Positions 10,463 to 22,200 are shown, numbered from the stretch's first letter. The stretch is DNA of 64,000 nucleotides from an uncultured Gammaproteobacteria bacterium (GCA_964349125.1 CAYGFH010000001.1:708801-772800); one strand, 5' to 3'. Notes: generated by a model not told the origin, from the letters alone. Numbers and translations: made by a program.

Positions 10463-11878
10463 ATGCATCTCAAAACAAAAGATATTGTCATTATTGGTGC
10501 GGGGCCTGCGGGGCTTGGGTGTACTGAAGAGTTGTTGCGAAATAAGTATGCCGCGGGTCAAATTATTATTCTAGAAAAAAACGAAAACCCGGGGGGGCTG
10601 GCACGATCATTCTATACAGGGAAATATTTCTTCGATTTAGGACCTCATAGATTTTATACAAAAAATGCAAGCATCCTCACTCTTTGGAAAAAGATACTAG
10701 GGAAAAAACTGGTGTCCGTGCGTAGATCTACGCACATTTTATATAAGAATCGCTTATTTGAATATCCAATTAAAGCATCGGATGTCCTTTGGAAATTGGA
10801 AGTATCAGAATTGTATAGCTGTCTAATTAGCTATATATATGCGAGATTTCGGTATAGGAACAGTCAACCGAAAACATTTGAAGATTGGATTATAAAGCAT
10901 TTTGGAAAAAAACTGTATGAAATTTTCTTTAAAACATACACAGAGAAAGTGTGGGGAATACCGTGTAATCGTATTAGCGCAAAATGGGCATCTCAGCGAA
11001 TACGAAACCTTAATCTGTTAGATATTATAAAAACCGCATTATTTAAACGCGGGAGTGATGCGAGAAGTTTGATAAAAGAATTTTACTATCCTATACAAGG
11101 CAGTGGCTATTTGTATGATACATGGGCAAAAAGGTTACAACGAAAGGGAGTAACGTTTATATTTAATTCCTCCGTAAATAGAGTGCTTCACGATAACCAT
11201 AAGATTAAACGAGTTGAATACATAAAAAATGGAAAAACCACGAGCGTGGCTGCTAAATATGTATTTACCAGTATGCCAATTACAAAGCTAGCTGATGCTT
11301 TGTTCCCATCCCCTCCTCAAGACGTGAAGAAAGCATCAAAGACGCTCTACTACAGAGATCATATAACTGTGAATCTATTGATAGAGGGGCCACCTATTTT
11401 TTTGGATCAGTGGCTATATATACATGATCAAAGAGTGAAAATTGCCAGGGTGACAAATTACAAGAACTTTGTCCCAACCACAACAGCTTTCAAGAACATG
11501 AATCCGATTTCAGTAGAGTATTTTGTATTTCAAAAGGATCCATTATGGAAGATGCAGGAGTCTGAATTATTTCATTTCGCTATTGAGGAATTAAAGACTA
11601 TTCAGTTAATTGCCGAGCAAAAAATTCATACTATGTTTATAAAAAAAGAGACAGAATCGTACCCGGTATATTATTTGAACTATGAAAAAGAATATAAAAA
11701 AATCAAAGGGTATATTAATCAATTCGATAACCTTCGAAGTATAGGAAGAGCGGGTATGTATAAATATAATAATATGGATCACTCTATTCTCAGTGGTCAA
11801 CAGAGCGCAAAATCAATGTTTAATGGAAATGCTCGAGACATAGATGATGTAAACAACGCTGATGAGTATGTTGAGTAA
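10463..11878 (+). CDS. NAD(P)/FAD-dependent oxidoreductase (amine-oxidase/UDP-galactopyranose-mutase-like fold)
   Basis: The dinucleotide-binding motif DIVIIGAGPAGLG follows the start immediately. The start was chosen at the internal ATG(10463), 2 nt after the upstream stop. The ORF track extends to 10415. Confidence 0.7.
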   Translation: MHLKTKDIVIIGAGPAGLGCTEELLRNKYAAGQIIILEKNENPGGLARSFYTGKYFFDLGPHRFYTKNASILTLWKKILGKKLVSVRRSTHILYKNRLFEYPIKASDVLWKLEVSELYSCLISYIYARFRYRNSQPKTFEDWIIKHFGKKLYEIFFKTYTEKVWGIPCNRISAKWASQRIRNLNLLDIIKTALFKRGSDARSLIKEFYYPIQGSGYLYDTWAKRLQRKGVTFIFNSSVNRVLHDNHKIKRVEYIKNGKTTSVAAKYVFTSMPITKLADALFPSPPQDVKKASKTLYYRDHITVNLLIEGPPIFLDQWLYIHDQRVKIARVTNYKNFVPTTTAFKNMNPISVEYFVFQKDPLWKMQESELFHFAIEELKTIQLIAEQKIHTMFIKKETESYPVYYLNYEKEYKKIKGYINQFDNLRSIGRAGMYKYNNMDHSILSGQQSAKSMFNGNARDIDDVNNADEYVE

Positions 11879-11965
11879 TACCTATCCGGAGTGTCTCACC
11901 TCAAAATCACTCAACTTAACATATAGGATGTGATCGTATTTTCATACTTCGAGATAGATTAAATC

Positions 11966-13312
11966 CTACGTGTTCATTTTTATATGACGTCTATAGTTGT
12001 TGAAAGTGCGTACACAAAGCATGAATGAAATATATAGGTACGTGACAAGATGGTATTCCACAGGTGCGATTAACCTTTTATATACTGGATCAGACTCATA
12101 CGCAAAAAAAGCAATAATGATTACCTGAGAGAGTCCTATGGTCCCCAAAATGAATAAAGGAACTAGCTCGGAAGATCTTCTGTGTATCAGTACTCCTGCA
12201 TGGTATATCCACAGAGGTATACTAATTATCATACTCATGCGGATATAATCTGATAGTATTTCTAGATATCTAAAGATATATACATATACAATATTAGTAT
12301 CAGATGAGATAGCGTGCGGAGCTTGAGAGAATAACACATGCGGAATCGCACGAAAAGATACGGTGATATATTGGAGAATATTATTACGAATGACATTCCC
12401 AACAAACCCCTGCATTTCAACCAGTTTTGAATTATCTGTGAACATATTTCGATCATATGCAAGTATGAATCTATACACATACGTATCGTTTCCCTGGGAT
12501 AGATATGTGTATAAGTGCGAATACAGTCTGTCATAACCAGAGCCGGAAGTGATTGGAATATTCGATTGCATTATAATTCCTAACAGATTAACCGTGCTGA
12601 AATATGTTATGCCGCTATAGTTGTGGTAAATTCTGTTTATTTTTGTATATGCCAAAGGCATCATGGTGCATGTAATTAAAAATATAATAGAAACCCAGCG
12701 CCATAGAGGCCGCTTACTTAGCATCACCATACTCAAGAGCATGAGTATTGGGATAGGCGCAAACGCTGGTCGAAGTAGAAAACCCACGCATGAGTGACCA
12801 CCAAAAAGCAGAAGATTATTCAGTTTTCTGTGGTGGTATGCTTCTATATATAAGTATGTTTGGATTAGCATCCAAGAGACCGAAACTCCTTCCGACATAA
12901 GCTTCCTCTCCCATATGAGAGCAGATACATTTATTGCACAAAGGATATAACAAATAAGCGCAGATCGCTTTGACAATCCCATTCGTGCTAATAGAAAATA
13001 CCAAGCAATTGATGCTGTAATTCCATACAACATCTGTAAAAGCGCGATTAGATCTGCATGTTGAAAAAATTCAACAGTGCCCAACGTAGGTATTTTGTCC
13101 ACCATTATTCTCATTACGCCGCCTACAAACAATGGGTATACGGGAGTGCGCAGCGGATTAATAATAGTCGCAATCGATGGGTGTTCAATTATACTCTTTC
13201 CGACTACATAGTAATCCTCACTATCATTTTCGATTATTAAGTGTGGTAATACTCCGGATGTAACAATCCGAATCAGACACGTGACTATGAAGGCAACGAT
13301 AAGATACTTCAT
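11966..13312 (-). CDS. polytopic membrane protein, probable GT-C-type glycosyltransferase (ArnT/PMT-like)
   Basis: 448 aa with about 11 TM helices. An acidic motif lies in the first extracytoplasmic loop (ENDSEDYYVVG). Adjacent to a UbiA-family gene. Assignment is by architecture only. Confidence 0.45.
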   Translation of the reverse strand: MKYLIVAFIVTCLIRIVTSGVLPHLIIENDSEDYYVVGKSIIEHPSIATIINPLRTPVYPLFVGGVMRIMVDKIPTLGTVEFFQHADLIALLQMLYGITASIAWYFLLARMGLSKRSALICYILCAINVSALIWERKLMSEGVSVSWMLIQTYLYIEAYHHRKLNNLLLFGGHSCVGFLLRPAFAPIPILMLLSMVMLSKRPLWRWVSIIFLITCTMMPLAYTKINRIYHNYSGITYFSTVNLLGIIMQSNIPITSGSGYDRLYSHLYTYLSQGNDTYVYRFILAYDRNMFTDNSKLVEMQGFVGNVIRNNILQYITVSFRAIPHVLFSQAPHAISSDTNIVYVYIFRYLEILSDYIRMSMIISIPLWIYHAGVLIHRRSSELVPLFILGTIGLSQVIIIAFFAYESDPVYKRLIAPVEYHLVTYLYISFMLCVRTFNNYRRHIKMNT

Positions 13313-14326
13313 CTAGAAGCTAACAAGCTTTCGTAAGGACTCCCTTAAAAACGCTCTTTGCCAATATACAACGAAGAGTGGTAAGTACCATAACGAGTCT
13401 CTAATCGCGACGGCACACGCAAGACAAACAGGGAGAAAAAAGAAATGAACTGTTCCCAACAATGGTCTGTAATGACTGATGCGAAGTGCAAAGAAAGAAT
13501 GTTCTTTTATAAATTTATACCCGGATATGATTGTCACTATGAAGAGAATTCCTCCCAGCACCGGCGTACGTAGTGCTATAAGGCAAGATAATAGTATATG
13601 TGATAGTATCTCAGCCGGTAAGCACACATTTGCTATTAATTTCATTGAGTGTGATGCACCTTTTTCAATAACATATGTGCGTACACCGGCGAGTTTATCA
13701 CTCTTAAAGTCATCGAGCTGATGAAATAACATCGACCTAATGCTAAATATTTCCAGCCATATCAGGTACGAAAAAATAAAAAGCAAATGAGTATTTTGCA
13801 AATAATCCATCGTAATAAGAAACACACTTACGGGTCTTAATATGAGTGAACCGACAATAATACCTAGGAACCCCTTTTCCTTATACCGATACGGAAAAGC
13901 AGAATAAAAATATACAAAAAAATAGCTGATAAATAATATCAAGAGTTTTTCAATAGAAAATACTCTCCAAGAAAGTATTGCGGTTGAAATTCCTATAATC
14001 AGCATGAGCAAACTCGATGCAATCATTACTCCTTTATTTCGCGAGGCATCTTTATTCTTAGATTTTACATCCTGCTCATAATCAAACAGATCATTCACCA
14101 GAAATAGAAATATATAGTAACAAATAGCAAAAAAAACAGCGGAAAAAAATCGCACATACGCTTCGATCCCCTCTCCTAACACCTTATCAGTGTATTGGAG
14201 GTATAATACAGCAGAAAATATAAACGGTATCCGCACCTTGCTCCAGTCATCCCATCGTATTAAAGAGAAGATTCTATCGGAAAGAGATCCAGTATTAAGT
14301 GAGGGATTTTCAGCGTCTCTTTTCAT
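13313..14326 (-). CDS. UbiA-family prenyl/phosphoribosyl transferase (DPPR-synthase-like)
   Basis: First Asp-rich motif NDLFDYEQD (NDxxDxxxD), second DDFKSD, and multiple TM helices. Confidence 0.7.
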   Translation of the reverse strand: MKRDAENPSLNTGSLSDRIFSLIRWDDWSKVRIPFIFSAVLYLQYTDKVLGEGIEAYVRFFSAVFFAICYYIFLFLVNDLFDYEQDVKSKNKDASRNKGVMIASSLLMLIIGISTAILSWRVFSIEKLLILFISYFFVYFYSAFPYRYKEKGFLGIIVGSLILRPVSVFLITMDYLQNTHLLFIFSYLIWLEIFSIRSMLFHQLDDFKSDKLAGVRTYVIEKGASHSMKLIANVCLPAEILSHILLSCLIALRTPVLGGILFIVTIISGYKFIKEHSFFALRISHYRPLLGTVHFFFLPVCLACAVAIRDSLWYLPLFVVYWQRAFLRESLRKLVSF

Positions 14327-14341
14327 ACATGAATGGAAAAA

Positions 14342-15463
14342 TCATCCAAGTAAAAAACCATGATTAAGTTTTTCCTTCATATTGTTCCAAATAGAGTACA
14401 CGGTCTCTAATTTTTTTGGAACTTCTTTTGAGGCGATAAAAAAGGTACAGTATTTCTTACAAGCCGGATAAAAATCACCTCTATCAAGCTTTTCTCTGAA
14501 GTCCTTATATTTTTTTGTATTCCAAATTGAGCGTATGCCCTTCTTCTTGATATTCAATCCCAGGTGGAAGTCTTCTTGGAGTTGGGACCCGTAACCACAT
14601 GGTTTGATATCTCCATCCGGGCTAATATCCATACTGAATTGCACGAGATCACAATGTCGGCTTTCCCAATAGAGTGGATCTGGGTTCACAAAGTTGAATT
14701 TTGGATGAGCCTTATACACACGAATAGTATTATCTATATTATTCTCAAGTTGGGGATGCTTTGAGGTTATTTTTTTGGCCTGAAGCAACATGTTTATTGC
14801 TTCAAGTCGTTCTTCGTTATTCAGTGCTAACTTGCTCTGCTGTCTGAGTGTTAAATCGTACGGAGACAACGGACCAAAAAATACCTCATCTACTCCCAAT
14901 GATATCCCCAATTCCACGAACTGTACGATTTCCTTATAATTTCCCTTTTGGATGCACAAGGATATTCCGATTTTTGGTGAGAGCCTCTTTATTCTATGAT
15001 TTACTAAATAACGAATACTATTGAGAACTTGGGTATAGCTATCCACGCCATTTATTTCCGTATATACTTTCTGTGTTGCCCCATTAACAGATATATATAA
15101 CGCATCCCAATTCATTGCAATTAGCTTATCCGAAAGTTCCGGTGTCAGTCGTGTTCCATTAGTTATGACATGCCCCTCAATATTTCTCTTTTTTATGGTC
15201 TGAAGAAGAATATCTATTTTTGGAAACAGCAGTGGCTCTCCCCCTCCACATAATACGACTCTCTCAACGGATGCAGGTAGGGTTTTTATAATGCGTAGAT
15301 AGTCATCAAGCTGTAGGTCAGTTGTGCTAAACGCTTTTGTCAATTTTTGACGCATTTGCGGAGTCAAATGCTCTCTCCAACACATGGGGCACGCATGATT
15401 ACATATATACCCCATTGGGAATATACGTACTTGTTTGAGTGTATCCATATCTGTATGCAGCAA
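14342..15463 (-). CDS. radical SAM protein with C-terminal SPASM-like Cys cluster
   Basis: CNHACPMC (Cx3Cx2C) near the N-terminus. Additional Cys residues in the C-terminal region (CGYGSQ, CKKYC). Confidence 0.8.
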   Translation of the reverse strand: MLHTDMDTLKQVRIFPMGYICNHACPMCWREHLTPQMRQKLTKAFSTTDLQLDDYLRIIKTLPASVERVVLCGGGEPLLFPKIDILLQTIKKRNIEGHVITNGTRLTPELSDKLIAMNWDALYISVNGATQKVYTEINGVDSYTQVLNSIRYLVNHRIKRLSPKIGISLCIQKGNYKEIVQFVELGISLGVDEVFFGPLSPYDLTLRQQSKLALNNEERLEAINMLLQAKKITSKHPQLENNIDNTIRVYKAHPKFNFVNPDPLYWESRHCDLVQFSMDISPDGDIKPCGYGSQLQEDFHLGLNIKKKGIRSIWNTKKYKDFREKLDRGDFYPACKKYCTFFIASKEVPKKLETVYSIWNNMKEKLNHGFLLG

Positions 15464-15777
15464 TTATTAATATGACATGCTGTATCTAAATAAGCCGCAT
15501 GATCTATCTATGCTAATCATATTATATGAAAGAGCAATCGATAACAATCCCTGAAGTTTGCTTGGCACCTACAAGACGAAAATGGAATGAATAGAAGCGG
15601 TATCAGAAGTAAATTGGTACAATTTTTCAGGCGTGCCACGATCTCAAAATTGGCAGACTGAAGAACATCGCCTGCTAGTAATTGATATGCATGTGGATGT
15701 GTTAATAGAAAACATTCTCGGCGAGTATTGCAATACACTCCCGTAGAGTAAATAAACGCGATTATACTCGCAGTGTA

Positions 15778-16824
15778 TCAAGCTAAGCAGTCTCTATACA
15801 ATTTATGAATCTGCTTTTCGGAAAATAACGTACGTGCTGCCTGTCGCGCTTTCTTGGCTATCGCCAAATATGTTCGTTTGTTTCTCTTGAGCGCAAGAAT
15901 TGCATCAGAAATGCGTTCAGGATTATTCTCCGTAAGAATACCTCCCGAAGAACGAATAAATGCAGATAACGTTCCCATATCCGATGCAATGATTGGCTTT
16001 CCATACGCGAGATAATCTAACAATTTCATCGAATGAAAATAAAACGGGAAGTGAGACGGTTTATGGTACAGCGCAAGACAGACGTGTGATTCTTTCACAT
16101 AATTCATATATTGCGCATAAGGTATTGGGTTTAGATGAAGTATATTCGAACTGTTATGCCGGGAATAATAATTATTCTTACCAAAAAGTAAAAATAACAC
16201 GTGCCTATCTTTAGCCTCAATAATTTTAGCGACTTTATATATAATATCTGTTGCCTGCCAAGGGAGACTTGCATCCCCTCCCCAGATGACAACAAATGAA
16301 TTTTTTTTGAATGGAAACCGAAATGATTTACTTGTTGCCTGCTTATGAGAACCTGGTACAAAGTTTGGAATAATTTGCCACTTTTTTATTTGTATTTTTC
16401 TTTTAGAGTATTCGTACAGCTCTCCAGAAATAAAAATACATACATCAACAAAATAGGATAATATTCTCCTGCGAAGCGCATTTTTCCAAACAAAAAAATA
16501 GTTCTCTATAGCCGTGTTTACTTCAAGTCTTTCTTCGGGAAACCCATGAATCTCCCATATAAAATGATGTTTTGGCAGGATGCATTTCCAAAAGGTATAT
16601 TTATCTAATATGCATGAGCCATCAATGCGTATGACTATGTGGTTGAATTTATTTTTTATTCGAAGCAGACTTATTACAGTATGTACGTATGTCTTCTTGG
16701 TATGCTCGAAAAGCAACACCTTAAATCCCGCATTCTCCATGGCTGCCATACGCCTTTGGATGTTAATATCTATAGCGGTATGAGTGCCTAGGGTAGGTAC
16801 TATATATGCAATGGTTTCCCCCAT
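15778..16824 (-). CDS. glycosyltransferase (GT-B, GT1/GT4-like)
   Basis: C-terminal DYLAYGKPIIASDMGTLSAFIRSSGGIL resembles a GT-B donor-binding region. The N-terminal domain is divergent. Confidence 0.55.
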   Translation of the reverse strand: MGETIAYIVPTLGTHTAIDINIQRRMAAMENAGFKVLLFEHTKKTYVHTVISLLRIKNKFNHIVIRIDGSCILDKYTFWKCILPKHHFIWEIHGFPEERLEVNTAIENYFFVWKNALRRRILSYFVDVCIFISGELYEYSKRKIQIKKWQIIPNFVPGSHKQATSKSFRFPFKKNSFVVIWGGDASLPWQATDIIYKVAKIIEAKDRHVLFLLFGKNNYYSRHNSSNILHLNPIPYAQYMNYVKESHVCLALYHKPSHFPFYFHSMKLLDYLAYGKPIIASDMGTLSAFIRSSGGILTENNPERISDAILALKRNKRTYLAIAKKARQAARTLFSEKQIHKLYRDCLA

Positions 16825-16842
16825 GAGTTTTTGCTTAGAATT

Positions 16843-17577
16843 CTAGATATTGGATATCAATACATTCCTATCTCGTATACTGGTTGTCTTTCCATCGTAC
16901 GCGATATGACCATCACGAAGCACTATACCTCTAGAACATTGTTTGCAAAGGAGTATTGGATCGTGATAAACGGTGAGAATAGTTTTTTTTTGAAACTCGA
17001 CTGAATTTAATGTCTCTCTCGCTTTCTTTGTGAATTGACTGTCCCCGAACGATAGTCCTTCATCAAGCAGTAGTATGTCAGGATTACAATGTATTGCTAC
17101 GGCAAATCCTAAACGCAATTTCATCCCGGCTGAATATGTATATAAGGGTACATCTATGAATTGTCGAATACCCGCATACCGTACAATATTTGCAAGTTGA
17201 GATTCGATATATGACTTTCGAGCACCAAGTAATAAGCCATTCAAAATGATGTTTTGCAACCCGGTCAAATCCGGATGAAACCCTGCTCCAATATCTATAA
17301 TCGAGATGATACTTCCAGTAGTTGTTAATTTTCCGGATGTAGGGGTTGTGATACCTGCAATAATTTTTAGTAAAGTGGTTTTTCCACTCCCATTCTTACC
17401 TATTATGCCAACTTTCTCTCCCCGATATATCGTGAGATTAATTTTCTTCTGAGCCCAGAAAATTTCCCTTTTTTTGGTAAGTAACCTGTCAATAAATATT
17501 GGCCGTTCATGATTAATCGCATATGACTTATGAATATCTCTCAGCTGAATTACCCGATCTTTCATACTTATATCCAA
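16843..17577 (-). CDS. polysaccharide ABC exporter ATP-binding protein (Wzt/TagH/KpsT-like)
   Basis: Walker A GKNGSGKTT, signature YSAGMKLRLGF and Walker B LLLDEGLS. Confidence 0.85.
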   Translation of the reverse strand: MDISMKDRVIQLRDIHKSYAINHERPIFIDRLLTKKREIFWAQKKINLTIYRGEKVGIIGKNGSGKTTLLKIIAGITTPTSGKLTTTGSIISIIDIGAGFHPDLTGLQNIILNGLLLGARKSYIESQLANIVRYAGIRQFIDVPLYTYSAGMKLRLGFAVAIHCNPDILLLDEGLSFGDSQFTKKARETLNSVEFQKKTILTVYHDPILLCKQCSRGIVLRDGHIAYDGKTTSIRDRNVLISNI

Positions 17578-18395
17578 TCATCAAATGTTTTGCTTTCAAT
17601 AAAAAATACACGTATACCAATAATAAATAGTATGAAAATCAGAAGCACATTCATGGTGAGCAGACTAGGATCTATAGTATTGTGTCCAAACAGAGCTACC
17701 TGCATAAGTTGTAATATTCCAGCCAACGGATTGAAGTTCCAAAGCCATCGTTTATCCATGGGCATCTGGTTAAGCGTGTAAATTATCGGGGTAGCGTAAA
17801 ACCAAAGTATAAGCACCGCCTGGGTAAGAAAATTAACATCTCTATATCTCACGTTACATGCTGAAAGCAGTAAACCTAATCCTATCGTAAATACCGTTAG
17901 TAAACTAATCGCAATGATCATAATAGGTACTGTATATACGGTTGCGGTCCCCAGAAAGTATACGGGTATGCTAAATAGCAAAATAGCCACAGCAAAGTGA
18001 ATGAAATTAGATAAAATTATAGAAAGCGGAATAATAAAATGTGAGAACTGTGCCTTTTTGATTAGTGATCGCTCAGATACTATGGATGGTGTAACGCGGG
18101 AAAGTGATAGCGAGAAAAAATTCCATACGAGCAAACTAATAAAAAGATAATGATAATAATTGTCAATTGGTGCTTTCATAAAAAATCTAAAAATATAGCC
18201 AATAACAATCATCTGAATAATAGGATTTGCGACCAGCCATAAGAAACCAAACACGGTATATTTATATCGGGTACGTAATTCTTTCTCGGTCATTGATATG
18301 AGAAGCTCTACAAAATGGGGATTATATTTCAACATGGGAGCATTATACAGGAATATATAAAATCTGCTAAGTATATTACTATGTATGTGGTTCAA
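17568..18395 (-). CDS. ABC-2 type polysaccharide exporter permease (Wzm/TagG-like)
   Basis: 6-TM ABC-2 permease architecture. Overlaps the ATPase gene by 10 nt. Confidence 0.8.
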   Translation of the reverse strand: MNHIHSNILSRFYIFLYNAPMLKYNPHFVELLISMTEKELRTRYKYTVFGFLWLVANPIIQMIVIGYIFRFFMKAPIDNYYHYLFISLLVWNFFSLSLSRVTPSIVSERSLIKKAQFSHFIIPLSIILSNFIHFAVAILLFSIPVYFLGTATVYTVPIMIIAISLLTVFTIGLGLLLSACNVRYRDVNFLTQAVLILWFYATPIIYTLNQMPMDKRWLWNFNPLAGILQLMQVALFGHNTIDPSLLTMNVLLIFILFIIGIRVFFIESKTFDDWI

Positions 18396-18658
18396 ACCCC
18401 GAGGACTTTATCATAACACTACTACTGATTTCACCACATGGGCATCACATCTGAAGGCATGCTACTGACAGATGCAATGAACGTAAATTGATGCCCTTCA
18501 TATGTCACATGAGAACCCCTACTCAGGGTTTGTGTTCCGGATATATATAACGGGTTTCGTCAAAAAGACGTATGCGTACATAATGCACGTTATATGAAAA
18601 AGCTGGCATGGTAGTATATGTTGCGTATAAAATGATATGATGTCGGGATTGAAATCCT

Positions 18659-19279
18659 ATGGTATATCGATTTTTTTATAGCGTTGCCATCTTTGGTTTA
18701 ATACTTCTCGCAGCTCCTCTATTGGTATGTATATCAATATGCGTATATTTCTTTTCCGGAATACCTATATTGTTCACGCAAAAGCGGGTTGGTAAACTCG
18801 GTACAATTTTCTATATTTACAAATTTCGCACAATGGCTATCAATAGCGACATTAAAAAGAAAGCACTGTTGGATTTAAATGAAGCTGACGGTCCGGTTTT
18901 TAAAATACGCAACGATCCGCGGTATACACGCTTCGGTAAGTTTCTGGCCCATACGGGGCTGGATGAATTACCACAATTGTGGAACGTCCTCAAGGGTGAT
19001 ATGGCCCTGATTGGTCCCCGACCTCTCCCAGTTTCTGAGGCGAAAAAACTTGTCTCCTGGCAAAAAAAGAGACACAATATAAAGCCAGGCATTATATCTC
19101 CCTGGATTTTAGAGGGATATCATACCATGAGTTTTGATGCCTGGATGAAAAGCGATATAGAATATATGAAGCGTAAATCTTTCGCGACAGATTGGGTGCT
19201 ATGTATACAAGCATGTAAATTTCTCGGTATGTTATTTTTCAAGGAAATAGGGCTATATGTAAGGGCAAAGAGTCACTAA
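18659..19279 (+). CDS. polyprenyl-phosphate sugar-1-phosphate transferase (Bac_transf; WbaP/WcaJ/EpsL-like initiating enzyme)
   Basis: KRVGKLGTIFYIYKFRTM...DGPVFKIRNDPRYTRFGKFLAHTGLDELPQLWNVLKGDMALIGPRP is the canonical bacterial sugar transferase motif set. Confidence 0.85.
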   Translation: MVYRFFYSVAIFGLILLAAPLLVCISICVYFFSGIPILFTQKRVGKLGTIFYIYKFRTMAINSDIKKKALLDLNEADGPVFKIRNDPRYTRFGKFLAHTGLDELPQLWNVLKGDMALIGPRPLPVSEAKKLVSWQKKRHNIKPGIISPWILEGYHTMSFDAWMKSDIEYMKRKSFATDWVLCIQACKFLGMLFFKEIGLYVRAKSH

Positions 19280-22200
19280 AATGTCTGCGCGCCTTTAAAG
19301 GTTGTAAACTTCTTCATTCTTAATAGTTTTCGTAATTGTTTAATTGATGCATTAATTGATTTTTTGTCCGCGCCCTTCATTTTTAAGGTATTCATCAGAA
19401 GTTCGACATATTCTTTTAGATATGCCTGATCGTGTTTTTTATTTAATTTCCCATTTTTTTGTACGCGTGAGGTATATGAAATTGTAATATCATCATCAAT
19501 ACTTTTTGTGACAGGATTCATCGTTGTGATCCTATATGAAAATTCATGCACCATCGGAATCCTTTTGTTATTTTTTGACGTTGCACCAAGTACAACCCTT
19601 TTTACGGTCAAAAGTATATTGGGTAAGTCTGAAAGTATAATCCGTTCGGTTTTCTCTGATTTAATGTACTCACCAATACGTATTCGTTGTATTCCTCCTA
19701 TTTCATGTATCTCTGGGGCGAGGCTTACGAGTGACGTTATTTTTTTGGGAATTGGTAGCGTGATTATTTTCGGCTTTGAAGTATTTTGAATCGCGGCATG
19801 TAACCGTTCCCACGCTGGTATGGTCCTATTCAACCGTACTGATGGAGGCTCGTTTACTTCTCCTATCGCGTCAATTTTCAATTTATTGAGATCACGCGCC
19901 AGAGGTGAACTTCGCTGAAATGTTACAAGCTCAGATGCTAGTTTGCGAACATGTGACAGGTCACCCCCGATTTTTCTAAGCTCCTGATCAATCGTTGTGA
20001 TCGATTTTAGCTTAGCTTCGGCGTGCGCAGTTGATTGTATGATAGATGAGTGTAAATCAAGAAATTTCTCTACGTACGCGGGAGTGAACAACAGATGATC
20101 ATCGATTGTTACGACTTTATCTTCTTTAATAACGATCTGTTTCCCTATAGCTTCTTTAATACTATGGGTAAGAAATGTTCTGATAGTGTCTTCGTACCAG
20201 ATTTGCAGCCGTCTGGAAGCAGTCAGTTCAAATTGTCTAGCATGCATTTTTTCTATCAGACTGAAATCGTATGGAATTGATGTTTTGGAAGGAATTGCTT
20301 CCATCTCTTCTTTAAAGGTCGGATACATACTAATGAGCGCATGATCAGCAAGGCCTACGTGTCCACCATGCTTATACGTAATCCACTCAGCGCTTCCGGG
20401 GTGACCCGCCCGTTTGGCTCGTTGCAATACCTGTATCAGAACATCTTTGGCGTGTAAAGGTCCCCATGCCACTACTCTCAATCCACCCGACATATCGGAT
20501 TCTTGGGAAGTCTTTATGTCAATCATTCGTCCCGCTTTTGGATTTGCGATTGTTATATGATGTGCGAGACCTGCATTTTTATATATTTCTTTTTCTTCCT
20601 CTATCGTAGACTTTGATGTAATGGTAGAAATAACAACATTGCTATGTTCTGGCAACGTCGCAAGGAGTGCCTCTTGTATGTCTTCTACCTCGTGATCATT
20701 GTCTGTAACTATCAGATGCGGTCTGGGGTTTTCTGTCAGCTGTCTGAGTGTTTCTATTGCATCATCCTGAGACTCTTCTACGGCATGGTCTGGGATTGGC
20801 ACAGGTTTACCGATCCATCGCTCAGAGTTCACTATCGGTTTTTTTAGAATTTCTTTAATTTCTTCTTCTATTCCATCAGTAGTCATAGTGAGTATGGCGT
20901 ATTGCTTTTCACCATACACAGACTGTAGAAATGACCAATGCCCGATAGAAGCCTGTGCGATGTCTCCCCCACCCCGAAGTGAACACACTCCTTGCGCGAC
21001 ATCCACAGCGACATCCAATAGATCCTGATATCTATGTGAAGTTAGCTGTCTTCCAGTATGTCTATCAATAACGTGTACTGTGTTATTTGCAGCTGCATAC
21101 TCAGTTCCATCTTTCATCGGTAGGGCTTGCATCCATGCCTGAGCATAAAAATTTATGGGATAATCTTTCGCAGGTAATTTTGCGTAGGATTGTATGAGTT
21201 TTATCGCAGATTTATGCATGTCTTGCGTTGACATACGTAAATGAACTGGAAGCGACTCCTGGATTGTGCGTAATCTATCAACAAGCGCTGCATGAAATTC
21301 GCTGGGAAGTCGGCCGGTTTCCTGAATTTTTTGTAAGCCCCGTTTAAATTGCCTTTCGTATTTTCTGATAGAGTCATCATTCACCTCATCGTTAAATGTA
21401 TAAAAACCGTTTTGATTGATGATATCGCCATTTTTTACTAGCCGTTTGCACACATGTTCAGCAACAATCATTGAAATCCAGTCTGGAAGATATCCTTCCA
21501 CCGCACTGGAATTTGGAGCCTCAAGCACATTCACGGTATCAGTTCTCCATTGGAGATCGCCTTCATCGGCTATAGCCTCAATTCTTCCGGTAAAAAGCTC
21601 AGGGTGTTCTTTTTTTAGATAGGCAAATTTAAAGTCTCCATCCGTCCCGATTGCTATAGCAGGCGCCTCAAGTTGTGCGGACGGCAAAAGCGATTCTCTG
21701 GCCCTTGCGTATGCATTCGCGCGATCATAAGCTGATATTTTCAGCTCTATCTTGTGAAGGAGTGCTGATCGATTAGGTGTTGGCGGCAGTTGTGAAAGGA
21801 ATGATCTTTGCGCCGTGAGTTTATTATAGAGATGTGTAGATGAAATTTTTGCGTCCTGTTCACTGAACACAAACACTGGCAGGCTCAACTGTTCTGCCAT
21901 TTTTTTGATTTGCTCCGAATCCCGTTCTCGTGCAAATTCGTCGATCACATAATTATGAACCTGCACATGCTTCAATAGTACTTTCGCAATACTTGCTAGT
22001 ACCGCATCCGGATTGCTTTTGCCCTGGCCGCTATCCACCCGTGTTGAATGTGAGGAAAACAATGAGATGATCGCATCTATTTGTTTCGGGTTAATCCCGA
22101 CGGTTTCTGCCGTGCCGTTTTTTGTATGTTCCATCGATTCATAAATACTCTTCGGTGGAAATAACGTAAGCTCTCCTAATGCAATAATGCCGCCAAAAGC

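Noticed and set aside
15517-15738. 73-aa minus-strand ORF in the 314-bp gap between the radical SAM and GT genes
   Set aside because: Cys/Arg-rich low-complexity translation, with no RBS or conserved motif. The gap more plausibly holds promoter and regulatory DNA (a near-palindrome GAGTATTGCAATACACTC is present).
18396-18658. 263-bp intergenic region with a long-range inverted repeat (GGGCATCA...TGATGCCC) that might be a small RNA
   Set aside because: The stem is short with a loop of about 40 nt. No terminator or recognisable riboswitch signature. More likely divergent promoter DNA for the ABC exporter and sugar transferase.
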